Positions 1-13,667 of a stretch of DNA of 64,000 nt are shown here, piece after piece. The notes below the pieces were generated by a model. It ran no database searches, was not told the origin of the DNA, and saw only the letters and a program-made list of their open reading frames with translations. Positions within the stretch are counted from its first letter, which is position 1, and each line of letters opens with the position of its first letter. This stretch comes from Candidatus Effluviviaceae Genus I sp. (GTDB lineage Bacteria; Joyebacterota; Joyebacteria; Joyebacterales; Joyebacteraceae), in NCBI GenBank assembly GCA_016867725.1, contig VGIX01000001.1, forward strand, positions 25,852-89,851, given 5' to 3'. Both the position numbers and the translations under genes were made by a program.

Positions 1-1880
1 TCGTGCGCGATCATGACGTAGTCGGCCGCCGTCACCGTCCTGAGACCGGCGGGCGCGTCGCGCGAGATCCGGGGTGTCACGAGGGCCTCCGGGGAGACGA
101 CGATGTACGAGGCCGTGTCGGCGACATCGTCGTTGAACACGGCCCGGAAGCCGTTCGAGCCGCTCTCGGTCGTCACGCCCGGCACCGTGCGGGTCGTGTA
201 CCGGTCAAGCACCTTGAAGACGGAGACGTCCTGGCCCGCGAGCCCGCCCACGGTGTAGCGGATCTCCCCCGTGCGGCCCGAGCTGCCGAAGACCAGCTGG
301 CCGTCTGCGGCCCACAGCTCGCGCCAGTACTCGAGGTCGTACCAGTCGACGAGGATCCTGTCGTCACGGAACGAGTCGCCCTGCCTCGGCAGGAAGATCT
401 CGAGCGTGTTGTCGCCCTCGACGACCGGCACGTCGGCGATCTCGACGATGAGTCGCGTCTCGCCCTCCCACTCCGCGACGTGCACGAGCTCCCCGTTCAG
501 GGAGAAGCGGGTGTGGTGGTCCGGGTTCGCGGCCGCCGCGGAGATCCCCTCGACGCGCACGCGGAGGACCGCCGTGGAGTCGGTTCGAACCCGGTTGAGC
601 TGGTGGGTGAACTGCCTCCGCTCGGGCAGCGGGCTCTGCTGCATCTGCTGCCAGAACCAGTTGTCCGACGCGCCGAGCCACTCGTAGATGTTCCGCTCCA
701 GATGGTCCCGGGCCCAGTACGCGTCCGCCGGTGTCGCAGAGGGCGACGACTGCAGATCGTCCTCCTGCATTCTCCGCGGCTCGCCGGAGAAGCCGGAGGG
801 CGTGCCGGGGCTCTCCCAGGTGAGCCAGTACACGTTCGAGCTCGAGAAGGGATTCTCGTAGTAGGGCTCTTCCGCCGGGGCGAGGCCCATGTCGCACGCC
901 CAGCCGTCGGGGCCGAAGGCGCAGAAGACGACGCGGTCGCCTTCGTCGAAGACGCCGTCGCTCTCTCCCTCAACGAGGATGTCGCACTCGACCATCCAGT
1001 CGGGCCTGGGCGCGGTCACGTTCTCGGGAAGCGGAAGCCCGGTCCCGGAGAACACGCGGATCGTCCTCGGATCGACCGAGGCAGGCGAAACGCCGACGTT
1101 CCTGAGATCGGCGGGGCTGACGGCGTGGGCGGCCTGCCGCGTCACGCGCATCTTCAGCCAGTTCGCGGAGGTCTCGAACGAGTCGCCGGGGCGTTCCGGC
1201 GGCGCCGCGGGCTGTCGGCCGACGCGCCACTGGCGGGCGCTCTCGTAGTTGAGAAGCACGGTCTCGAGCATCCGCTCCCGCCGCGGAGCGTCCGGCCGCG
1301 GCGCGGACGGACCCCGCACGCCTCGAAACGTGAGGGTCACCTCGATCGACGAGTGGACGAGGAGCGCGCGCGCCTGCGGGTCCACCTGGCACGGGTGCAG
1401 CAGGATCTCCACGACGCGCTGCGTGCCGAGGGTCCCGGGCGTGCCCATCGCCGCCGCGCCCGGCGGCCACACGCCTGCCGCCCTGTACTGCTCACCCTCG
1501 ACATACCGGTAGTCGCTCAGAGCGCCGTCCTCGCCCGGCAGGACCGTCGGCGACGGGGCGACCCACACGTCTCTCAGCGGCGCGCCAGGCGTCGTGGAGA
1601 TCGTCATGTCCACCGCGTCGCAGTCCGGGATGCCGACGGTGGCACGGAACATCGGCAGGTCGGGAGCGCCCGGGATGCCCAGCGGCTCCGCGCCCGGAAT
1701 GGACACCGTCACGTAGTCTCCCTGCGGGATGGACAGAGTGCGGACGACCGGCTCTCCGACCTCGCAACGCACCACGACGCGCTCCGGCGAGGACGACACG
1801 AGCTCGACGGCGCCGCGGCCGCCCAGCGCCGCCTGAGCGGCGCAGATCACCACGAGGAGAGAGGCCACCACGGGCCGCAT
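1..1880 (-). CDS. Peptidase C25 (gingipain/PorU-like) family protein, N-terminal ~626 aa; the remainder lies beyond the left window edge
   Basis: Absent from the ORF track because it runs off the edge. Hand translation of the minus strand from ATG 1880 gives MRPVVASLLVVICAAQAALG (signal peptide) ... PGDSFETSANWLKMRVTRQAAHAVSPADLRNVGV ... TAADYVMIAH. The frame is open to position 1 and GC3-rich. The listed 3..1910 + ORF is its same-phase antisense shadow. The W-x-K-x-x-V...L..G motif and the DY-x-x-IA start of the catalytic region are typical of C25 N-terminal regions. Confidence 0.55.
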   Translation of the reverse strand, partial: MRPVVASLLVVICAAQAALGGRGAVELVSSSPERVVVRCEVGEPVVRTLSIPQGDYVTVSIPGAEPLGIPGAPDLPMFRATVGIPDCDAVDMTISTTPGAPLRDVWVAPSPTVLPGEDGALSDYRYVEGEQYRAAGVWPPGAAAMGTPGTLGTQRVVEILLHPCQVDPQARALLVHSSIEVTLTFRGVRGPSAPRPDAPRRERMLETVLLNYESARQWRVGRQPAAPPERPGDSFETSANWLKMRVTRQAAHAVSPADLRNVGVSPASVDPRTIRVFSGTGLPLPENVTAPRPDWMVECDILVEGESDGVFDEGDRVVFCAFGPDGWACDMGLAPAEEPYYENPFSSSNVYWLTWESPGTPSGFSGEPRRMQEDDLQSSPSATPADAYWARDHLERNIYEWLGASDNWFWQQMQQSPLPERRQFTHQLNRVRTDSTAVLRVRVEGISAAAANPDHHTRFSLNGELVHVAEWEGETRLIVEIADVPVVEGDNTLEIFLPRQGDSFRDDRILVDWYDLEYWRELWAADGQLVFGSSGRTGEIRYTVGGLAGQDVSVFKVLDRYTTRTVPGVTTESGSNGFRAVFNDDVADTASYIVVSPEALVTPRISRDAPAGLRTVTAADYVMIAH

Positions 1881-2016
1881 CGTCGGTTCTCCATGAGGGC
1901 AGATGCGTGAAAGACTCGCGGGACGCCGCCACTGCCCGCGGCACCCGCGACGGGTATCGAGACGCCTTGCGCGGGAGCTTGTTCAAGGGAGAAGCCCGGC
2001 GCGGGTCGCAGAGGCT

Positions 2017-2973
2017 CTAGGTCTCCGTGAACTCGCCCATCGCCATGTACTTCGCCAGCCTCTGCCTGACGAGCTCCGCCGGACCGAGCCCCTCGAGCTC
2101 GGTCAGATGACGGTCGATGGCCGCTCCGACGCTCCGCGCCGCGGCCGCCGGATCGCGGTGGGCCCCGCCGCTCGGCTCGGGGACGACCTCGTCGACGACC
2201 TTGAAGCCGAGGAGGTCCTTCGCCGTGATCTTCATCGCTTCGGCCGCCTGGGGCGCCTTCGCGGCGTCACGGTACAGGATCGAAGCGCACCCCTCCGGCG
2301 AGATCACGGAGTAGACGGAGTACTCGAGCATAAGGACCCTGTCGCCGACCCCGATCCCCAGGGCGCCGCCGCTCCCCCCCTCGCCGATGACCACGACGAC
2401 GATCGGAACGGGCAGGCGCGCCATCTCTCGCAGGTTCAGCGCGATGGCCTCCGCCTGGCCGCGCTCCTCGGCGCCGATGCCCGGGTACGCCCCCGGTGTG
2501 TCGACGAACGACACGATCGGTCGACCGAACTTCCCCGCCAGGTGCATGAGCCGGAGCGCCTTTCGGTATCCCTCGGGATGCGCCATGCCGAAGTTCCGCC
2601 GGATGTTCTCCTTCGTGTCCCGTCCCTTCTGCTGCCCTATGATGACGACCCTCCGACCGCCGAAGAACCCGAGACCGCCCACGATGGCCTCGTCGTCGCC
2701 GAACCGCCGGTCTCCGTGGAGCTCCAGAAACTCCACGCCGAGCATTCTGATGTAGTCGAGCGTGTAGGGTCGCTTCGGATGTCGGGCGATCTGCGTGATC
2801 TGCCAGCGGCTGAGCCTGCCGTAGATCTGCTTGCGGAGCTCGCCGGCCTTCGCCTCGAGGCGCGCAAGCTCCCGAGCGACGTCGATGCTCTGGCTGTCGG
2901 CGAAGCTCCGGAGCTCGTCGATCCTCTGTTCCAGCTCGAGGAGCGGCTTCTCGAACTCCAGCCATCCCACCAT
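2017..2973 (-). CDS. accA: Acetyl-CoA carboxylase carboxyltransferase subunit alpha
   Basis: Track ORF 2017..3003. [21 protein letters not shown] matches AccA N-termini from its first residue. The ...[29 protein letters not shown]... core is present. ATG 2973 has GAGGAGG 7 nt upstream, so the 10 upstream codons are probably not translated. Confidence 0.95.
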   Translation of the reverse strand: MVGWLEFEKPLLELEQRIDELRSFADSQSIDVARELARLEAKAGELRKQIYGRLSRWQITQIARHPKRPYTLDYIRMLGVEFLELHGDRRFGDDEAIVGGLGFFGGRRVVIIGQQKGRDTKENIRRNFGMAHPEGYRKALRLMHLAGKFGRPIVSFVDTPGAYPGIGAEERGQAEAIALNLREMARLPVPIVVVVIGEGGSGGALGIGVGDRVLMLEYSVYSVISPEGCASILYRDAAKAPQAAEAMKITAKDLLGFKVVDEVVPEPSGGAHRDPAAAARSVGAAIDRHLTELEGLGPAELVRQRLAKYMAMGEFTET

Positions 2974-3018
2974 GCTCGAGCCTCCTCGGGCGCCGCCGGG
3001 CACCCCAGGGCCGTCAGC

Positions 3019-3771
3019 TCAGAAGCTGTCGTGGAAGATGAACGCGATCGACCTGCTCGACGGCTCGGGCGAGTTCCTCGAGCCCGTGAGATTCCTGAGC
3101 AGGAAATCGAGCTGGACCTTCTTGGCGAAGAACCAGCGCAGTCCCGCGTTCAGGTAGGCGGTCGTCGACTCGCCCTCCTCGGTCATCGTCCTCGCGTTCG
3201 CCTGGAGCTCGGTGATGACCGAGAATTCCTGCGAGAACCGAGCCGACACGCCGCCGAAGAAGCCCGGTCTTGCCCTCCGCTCCTCCATCGTCCTCGTGAT
3301 GCCCGCGCTCCACTCCCAGTGCTCGGAGAACGGGAACTCCCGGGAGGCGACGAGGAACAGGCCCGGCGAGGCCTTCTCGAACGCGCCGCTGTCGAACTGC
3401 CGGCCGTAGCCGCGCGAGTCGAACCCGAGCGCCAGCCCGACCGGCGCGTTCCCCTGCCTCGCGATCCGGACCTTCGCGTCGAACTCGACGCGGCTCTCCC
3501 AGTCCGGTCGGCCCAGCCCCACGACGTTCCGGGCCCCGTAGGACACCCCAAGGTAGAGGTAGTCCGTCACGCCCACTCGGATGCCCCCCACGAGCGTCCC
3601 GCCGGGCGCGAGGCGCGCTCCGATCGAGTACGTGGCTCTGGGAACGGTGTGGGCCGTCGGAAGATCTGCGAGCTCGGGAAACCGGCCGTCGAGCTCGACG
3701 GCCGGCGCCACCGCGACCAGCGAGAGGAGCGCGAGGACCGCAAGTGCCGCTCTTCTGAGCATATGCGTCAC
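3019..3771 (-). CDS. Hypothetical outer-membrane beta-barrel protein
   Basis: 250-aa GC3-rich ORF with signal peptide MLRRAALAVLALLSLVAVAPA. ATG 3762, with GGGGAG upstream, is a likelier start than GTG 3771. It shows an alternating amphipathic strand pattern and an aromatic C-terminus ...AFIFHDSF. No family recognised. Confidence 0.55.
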   Translation of the reverse strand: MTHMLRRAALAVLALLSLVAVAPAVELDGRFPELADLPTAHTVPRATYSIGARLAPGGTLVGGIRVGVTDYLYLGVSYGARNVVGLGRPDWESRVEFDAKVRIARQGNAPVGLALGFDSRGYGRQFDSGAFEKASPGLFLVASREFPFSEHWEWSAGITRTMEERRARPGFFGGVSARFSQEFSVITELQANARTMTEEGESTTAYLNAGLRWFFAKKVQLDFLLRNLTGSRNSPEPSSRSIAFIFHDSF

Positions 3772-3810
3772 TCCCCGAGCCTCGTGGACCCCTTCCAGGC
3801 CGCGTGGCGA

Positions 3811-3839
3811 AATATAGCAACCCCTTATGGCGCTGTCAA
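3811..3839 (-). promoter_or_regulatory. Sigma70-type promoter for the OM-barrel/accA unit
   Basis: The minus strand reads TAA-TTGACA-gcgccataaggggttgc-TATATT: a perfect -35, a 17-nt spacer and a good -10, in an AT-richer patch. The -35 abuts the dnaE stop codon. Confidence 0.6.
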
Positions 3840-6800
3840 TTAGAAACCCGGCGGGGGCGGCGCGGCCGCCGCGGCTCCGACAAGCCTCACGTTCCCCTCT
3901 CCGACCATCGCCTCAAGACGACTCACAAGCTCACGCGACGGATCCACGCGAACCGCCCCGGCGCTGACGGTCACGAGCCGGCCTCCGGTGCGCAGGACGA
4001 GGTCGACCGGACAGCGCCCGGAGTGGGCGCCGAGAGCCCCCTTGATCTCCTCGAGCAGCGTCTCGACGAGCACGTCGGACGTGAGCGTGATGACGAGCCT
4101 CTCGACGAACCGCTGATGGGCCATGGCGAGGGGCACGATGTCGCTCACGACGATCTTCGGAACCTCCTCCTCGCGCGTGGAGACCTTCCCCTCGACGAGC
4201 AGCGCCGCGTCCTTCTGGACGGACTCGTGTCTCCTGGCGAAGCACTTCGAGAACACGACGAGCTCGACGCGCCCCGTGAAGTCCTCGAGGGTCACGAAGG
4301 CCATCCGCTCGCCCTTCCTGTCCGTCATCTGCTTGGCGTTCGTGACGATGCCGCCGATCCGCACGGCCTCGCCGTCCTCGGCCTCCTGCAGCTCGCCCAC
4401 GGAGATCGTCGCGAACTCGCGAAGCTCGCGCTCGTAGCGCGCGAGCGGGTGCCCGGTCATGTAGAACCCGAGCACCTCCTTCTCCCGGTTGAGCATCTCG
4501 CTGTCGCTCCAGGGCTCCGCATCGGGCAGCTTCCTCGGCCTTGCTGGCGCGCCTGCGGCCCCATCGAGGACGGTCAGGAGCGACGTCTGTCCGGACTCGT
4601 GCTCACGCTGTGCGCGCTGGCCGAGCTCGAGCGCCGCCGGGACGGCCGCCATCTGGCCGGCCCGGTGACCGTGAAGCGCATCCAGGGCGCCGGCGGCGAC
4701 AAGACTCTCGAGGACGCGACGGTTCACGATCCGCAGGTCCACGCGGCTCGTGAGGTCGAAGATGTCGCCGAAGGACCCGCGCTGCCGTCTCGCGTCGACG
4801 ATCGAGTGGACGGCCGCACGGCCGACGTTCTTGATCGCGGCGAGGCCGAACTGGATGTCGCCCCGGGGCGTCGCCCTGAACTCGGCCTGTCCCTCGTTGA
4901 CGTTGGGGGGAAGCACCCGGATCCCCATCCGCCGGCACTCGTTGATGAGCGCGACGACACGATCGGAGTCGTCCATCTCGCTCGTGAGCGTGGCCGCCAT
5001 GAACTCCGCCGCGTGGTGCGCCTTGAGGTAGGCCGTCCTCACCGCGAGGATCGCGTAGGAGGCGCTGTGCGCCTTGTTGAAGCCGTATCCCGCGAAGTGC
5101 GCCATCTGATCGAACACGGCCCCCGCCGTGCTCTTCGGGATGCCCGCGCCGACGGCCCCCCGGACGAAGTCCTCGCGCTGAAGCGCCATCTGCTCCGGGA
5201 CCTTCTTCCGCATCGCGTTCAGCAGGATGTCGGCCTGACTCATCGTGAAGCCGGCGAGCTCGCTCGCCACCTTCATCACCTGCTCCTGGTACGCGATGAC
5301 GCCGTAGGTCTCGCTCAGCACCGACGCGAGCTTCGGGTGGAGGTACGCGACCTTCTGCCGGCCGTGCTTCCGCTTGACGTAGTCCTCCACCATCCCCGAG
5401 CCCAGCGGACCGGGGCGGAAGAGCGCGTTGACGGCGATGATGTCCTCGATCCTCTCCGGCTTCATCTTCCGCAGAAGGTCGCGCATGCCGGACGACTCCA
5501 GCTGGAACACGCCGACCGTGTTTCCGCTGCTCAGCAGTTCGTACGTCGCGGGGTCGTCCAGCGGGATGCTCTCCGGCGTCCTCTGGACGCCGTGGTTCTC
5601 CTCAATCATCGCAAGGGTGTCCCGGATGACCGTCAGCGTCCTCAGGCCGAGGAAGTCGAACTTGAGGAGGCCGATCTTCGCCAGCGACTTCATGTGGTAC
5701 TGGGTCGTGATCTCGTCGCCGGCCGACTTGTAGAGAGGCGCCCAGGCGTCGATGCGTCCCGGGGCGATGATGACCCCGGCCGCGTGGACCGACGCGTGGC
5801 GCACGAGCCCCTCGAGCATCCTGGCGTACTCGATGAGCTTGGCGTACTTCTCGTCGGAGTCCCGGAGCTCCCTGAGCTCGGGAACGCGGGCGAGCGCGTC
5901 GTCCAGCGTGATGCTGAGCTCGCGGGGGATCATCTTCGCGATCCGGTCGACCTCGGCGTACGGCAGCTTGAGCACCCGCCCGACGTCGCGCACGACGGCC
6001 CGCGCCTGCATCGTGCCGAACGTGATCACCTGAGCGACCGACTCGCGGCCGTACTTCTGCGTGACGTAGTCGATGATCTCATTGCGGCGTTCGTAGCAGA
6101 AGTCGATGTCGAAGTCCGGCATCGCCTTCCGCGCCGGGTTCAGAAAGCGCTCGAAGACCAGGCCGAACCGCAGGGGATCCAGCTCGGTGATGCCGAGGGC
6201 GTAGCTCACGATGCTGGCGGCTGCCGACCCGCGCCCCGGCCCCACGGGAATGCCGCGTCGTTTGGCCTCCTCGATGAAGTCCTGGACGATCAGGAAGTAC
6301 CCCGAGAAGCCCATGTCCTTGATGAGCGCGAGCTCCCGTTCCATCCGATCCGTGACCTCGGGAGGAACGGTGGAGCCGCACCGCCGCTCGATGCCCTCGC
6401 GGGCGAGCGCGGCCAGGTACTCCGCGGCGTCCGCGTAGCCCTGCGGCAGGGGGAACCGCGGCATGTGCACGCGCCCGAACTCGAGCGACAGGTTGCACCG
6501 CTCGGCGATGGCCACCGTGTTCTCGTAGGCATCGGGGAACTCGGCCATCACGGCGCGCATCTCGTTCGGGGACTTGAGGTAGAACTCGTCGTTCGGCATT
6601 CGCATGCGGTCCGGGTCGTCGATCTCCTTTGAGGTCTGGATGCACAGGAGAACGTCGTGCGCCGGGGCCGCCTCGCGCGCAAGGTAGTGGCAGTCGTTCG
6701 CGGCGACGAGGGGGATGCCGAGCTCGCGGGAGAGCTGCGCATAGCCAGCCCGGACGGCCGCCTCCTCGGGAAGGCCGTGGTTCTGTATCTCGAGGTAGAA

Positions 6801-7316
6801 GTTGCCGTCGCCGAAGATCTCGGCGAGCTCGATGGCCGCTTCGCGCGCGCCCGCGAGATCCCCCGCGAGGATGCGCTGGGCCGGCGCCCCCCGCAGGCAT
6901 GCCGTCGTCGCGATGATACCCTCGTGGTGCCGGCGCAGAAGCTCCCTGTCGATCCGCGGGCGGTAGTAGAGGCCTTCGAGAAAGGAGATCGTGGACAGCC
7001 GCATCAGGTTGCGGTAGCCTTGCTCGTTCCTCGCGAGCAGCAGGAGGTGGTTGAGGTCCCACGCCCTCCCCTGCGGCCGTTCCGTGTGCGATCGCGGGTC
7101 GACGTACGCCTCAAGCCCGATGATCGGCTTGAGGCCCTTCTCCATGGCGGCCGCGTAGAACTCGATCACACCGAACATGTTGCCGTGGTCGGTCAGCGCG
7201 AGGGCGGGCATCCTGAGCTCGAGCGCACGCTCGACCATGCGGTCGATGCGCGACGCTCCGTCCAGAAGGCTGTACTCGGAGTGGTTGTGGAGGTGGACGA
7301 AGTCCGAACGGATCAT
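3840..7316 (-). CDS. dnaE: DNA polymerase III subunit alpha
   Basis: Track ORF 3840..7781, but homology begins at the internal ATG 7316: MIRSDFVHLHNHSEYSLLDGASRIDRMVERALELRMPALALTDHGNMFG (PHP domain). The result is a full-length 1158-aa Pol III alpha. The 155 upstream codons are R/G-rich and overlap the neighbouring lipoprotein gene. Confidence 0.97.
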   Translation of the reverse strand: MIRSDFVHLHNHSEYSLLDGASRIDRMVERALELRMPALALTDHGNMFGVIEFYAAAMEKGLKPIIGLEAYVDPRSHTERPQGRAWDLNHLLLLARNEQGYRNLMRLSTISFLEGLYYRPRIDRELLRRHHEGIIATTACLRGAPAQRILAGDLAGAREAAIELAEIFGDGNFYLEIQNHGLPEEAAVRAGYAQLSRELGIPLVAANDCHYLAREAAPAHDVLLCIQTSKEIDDPDRMRMPNDEFYLKSPNEMRAVMAEFPDAYENTVAIAERCNLSLEFGRVHMPRFPLPQGYADAAEYLAALAREGIERRCGSTVPPEVTDRMERELALIKDMGFSGYFLIVQDFIEEAKRRGIPVGPGRGSAAASIVSYALGITELDPLRFGLVFERFLNPARKAMPDFDIDFCYERRNEIIDYVTQKYGRESVAQVITFGTMQARAVVRDVGRVLKLPYAEVDRIAKMIPRELSITLDDALARVPELRELRDSDEKYAKLIEYARMLEGLVRHASVHAAGVIIAPGRIDAWAPLYKSAGDEITTQYHMKSLAKIGLLKFDFLGLRTLTVIRDTLAMIEENHGVQRTPESIPLDDPATYELLSSGNTVGVFQLESSGMRDLLRKMKPERIEDIIAVNALFRPGPLGSGMVEDYVKRKHGRQKVAYLHPKLASVLSETYGVIAYQEQVMKVASELAGFTMSQADILLNAMRKKVPEQMALQREDFVRGAVGAGIPKSTAGAVFDQMAHFAGYGFNKAHSASYAILAVRTAYLKAHHAAEFMAATLTSEMDDSDRVVALINECRRMGIRVLPPNVNEGQAEFRATPRGDIQFGLAAIKNVGRAAVHSIVDARRQRGSFGDIFDLTSRVDLRIVNRRVLESLVAAGALDALHGHRAGQMAAVPAALELGQRAQREHESGQTSLLTVLDGAAGAPARPRKLPDAEPWSDSEMLNREKEVLGFYMTGHPLARYERELREFATISVGELQEAEDGEAVRIGGIVTNAKQMTDRKGERMAFVTLEDFTGRVELVVFSKCFARRHESVQKDAALLVEGKVSTREEEVPKIVVSDIVPLAMAHQRFVERLVITLTSDVLVETLLEEIKGALGAHSGRCPVDLVLRTGGRLVTVSAGAVRVDPSRELVSRLEAMVGEGNVRLVGAAAAAPPPPGF

Positions 7317-7957
7317 GGCTCTCCGCGCTCGCCCCGGATCGCTCCCGGATCGTCCTCGTTGGCATGCCTCAGCATCCAATCGAGGAGTTCGACGGCCGCC
7401 GAGGCACCGCCCTCCGCCTGCTGCCTCTTCCGCATGCCCGCCAGCACCTCGGCCTGAAGCCGATCCCAAGCAGGAACGTCGGCGCTCATGAGAACGAACA
7501 CGTCGCACACTCCGCGGGTGCCGTCCCGTGCCGACGAAGCCGGGCACTCCCTGTGGAATGCGTCCTCGCGCCTCAGCTCGGCGGCCAGCCGTTCGACGAC
7601 GGGCTCGACCAGGCGGGTCCGGAAGACCCCACGATCTGTGCTCGTCAACTCGACGCCGGCGTGTCGGAACGCGCGATCGACGAGGCCGAGCATATGCTCG
7701 CGGACGGCGCGCTCCGCCTGGGACCTCGCGTCGGCCTCGGCCTCCGCCACGCCTGCGGCGGCGTCCGGGGCTGCCGAGCACCCCCCCACGTAGTACGCGC
7801 GCACGGAGTCTGTCACGGGCACAACGAGAACCCAGTTGGGGAGCTCCTGCGACGCGGGACGCTCACCGTCAACCGAAGCCGTCGAAGAGCATCCCGCTGC
7901 AAGCGCGAGGAGCATCCACGCCGCGCCCCCGGGTAAGACCGATCTACGCCTCTCCAT
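7313..7957 (-). CDS. Hypothetical lipoprotein
   Basis: 214-aa ORF with a signal peptide and lipobox (WMLLALAAGCSS). Its stop overlaps the dnaE start (ATGA). No family recognised. Confidence 0.6.
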   Translation of the reverse strand: MERRRSVLPGGAAWMLLALAAGCSSTASVDGERPASQELPNWVLVVPVTDSVRAYYVGGCSAAPDAAAGVAEAEADARSQAERAVREHMLGLVDRAFRHAGVELTSTDRGVFRTRLVEPVVERLAAELRREDAFHRECPASSARDGTRGVCDVFVLMSADVPAWDRLQAEVLAGMRKRQQAEGGASAAVELLDWMLRHANEDDPGAIRGERGEP

Positions 7958-8040
7958 GGCATCCTCCGTTGATGGCAGAGCTCAGGCGGCGAGGCTAGCA
8001 AGCGGATGTGCGAAGCGTCAAGGCGGCGCGCATACGGCCA

Positions 8041-8082
8041 GGAAGAAGAAGGACCCCCTTCACCTCTCGGCGAAGGGGGTCC
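8041..8082 (-). terminator. Rho-independent terminator of the rRNA operon
   Basis: The minus strand just 3' of the 5S reads GGACCCCCTT-cgccgagaggtg-AAGGGGGTCC, a perfect 10-bp stem, followed by TTCTTCTTCC. Confidence 0.7.
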
Positions 8083-8087
8083 GCATG

Positions 8088-8205
8088 TTCCGGCAGCGTC
8101 CTACTCTCCCGCAAGGTCTCCCAAGCAGTACCATCGGCGCTGGAGGGCTTAACTACTGTGTTCGAAATGGGTACAGGTGTGACCCCTCCGCCATAGCCAC
8201 CGAAA
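8088..8205 (-). rRNA. rrf: 5S ribosomal RNA
   Basis: The reverse complement reads tttcggtggctatggcggaggggtcacacctgtacccatttcgaacacagtagttaagccctccagcgccgatggtactgc...gggagagtaggacgctgccggaa. It carries canonical 5S motifs, and helix I pairs the two ends. Confidence 0.9.
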
Positions 8206-8383
8206 CAACGCTCCCGGCCGGCGCGCGCCGGCTTCACTGAGGCACCCGGCCTGGGGTCAGGACGAGGTCCAGCCCCAAATCAGTCGCAAGCGATCTAGAT
8301 CGTCGACTGCGTCGCCAGGTGCACAGATCGGCGACAACTCAGAGTATTGGACGAGCAGCAGCACCATTGCTGTAGATCTCATG

Positions 8384-11414
<3,031 letters not shown>

Positions 11415-11533
11415 ATCTTGATCACGGCAAAGATGCTTTGCCCGTCCAATCTCTTGAGTTGTCAAAGACCCGTGCCCGCCGTCGGCTACTGCCCGAACCC
11501 CTCGTAAGCCTACCAACCTCGCTGAGGTCGAAC

Positions 11534-11609
11534 TGGTGGAGATAACCGGGATCGAACCGGTGACCTCCTGCTTGCAAAGCAGGCGCTCTCCCAGCTGAGC
11601 TATATCCCC
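11534..11609 (-). tRNA. tRNA-Ala (anticodon TGC), CCA encoded
   Basis: Reverse complement ggggatatagctcagctgggagagcgcctgctttgcaagcaggaggtcaccggttcgatcccggttatctccacca. It forms a cloverleaf with a G3:U70 pair and sits in the 16S-23S spacer. Confidence 0.95.
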
Positions 11610-11629
11610 GGCACGAGCCTCGATGGGAT

Positions 11630-11708
<79 letters not shown>

Positions 11709-11824
11709 GAGAGGCTCCCCGACTGCGGGAAGGCCGAATCACGATGAATAGCGTGCCAGCCGTTCCTCTGACCGTCTGACCTTCTCGATCCGCCGCGCGT
11801 GGCGCCGGTCGAGATGTCTCCTTA

Positions 11825-13381
<1,557 letters not shown>

Positions 13382-13519
13382 GTAGTCTAATCCTCGACTG
13401 CCCCCCACACCGTGAGGGACAGCGTCTTACGCGTGTGCATGTGTTCCCCGCGCCGGCCGCGCTCGCGCGCGCCCGTCACGAGAGAACCCGTTCAGGGTAC
13501 TTGGCTAGCACGCTATTCA

Positions 13520-13533
13520 GGTTTCAAAGAGCT
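13520..13533 (-). promoter_or_regulatory. boxA-like antitermination element in the rRNA leader
   Basis: The minus strand reads aGCTCTTTGAAAcc, similar to the bacterial boxA consensus TGCTCTTTAACAA. It lies between the promoter and the 16S 5' end. Confidence 0.4.
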
Positions 13534-13585
13534 TCGGAGTCCCCGCTCCCGCAGGGAGCCCCGGCTGTCTTTCGGCAGCCTTGGG

Positions 13586-13650
13586 AGTATAGGCTCCGGG
13601 GCGATTCCTGTCAAGCGATTTTCTACACGGCGGCGACTTTTTTTCCGATC
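13586..13650 (-). promoter_or_regulatory. rRNA operon promoter with A-rich upstream (UP-like) region
   Basis: The minus strand reads ggAAAAAAAgtcgccgccgtgtagAAAAtcgc-TTGACA-ggaatcgccccggagcc-TATACT: consensus -35, a 17-nt spacer and a near-consensus -10. It sits about 200 nt upstream of the mature 16S. Confidence 0.75.
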
Positions 13651-13667
13651 CCCCGCGCCGCGCCGAT

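Noticed and set aside
3-1910. 635-aa plus-strand ORF at the left edge.
   Set aside because: Its composition is R/G/A/V/D/H/P-rich with no motifs. It is in the same codon phase as a GC3-rich minus-strand gene (the C25-like peptidase), so it stays open only because antisense codons begin with G/C. It is an antisense shadow.
3804-6632. 942-aa plus-strand ORF opposite dnaE.
   Set aside because: It is the antisense shadow of dnaE, and the dnaE reading frame carries unambiguous Pol III alpha homology.
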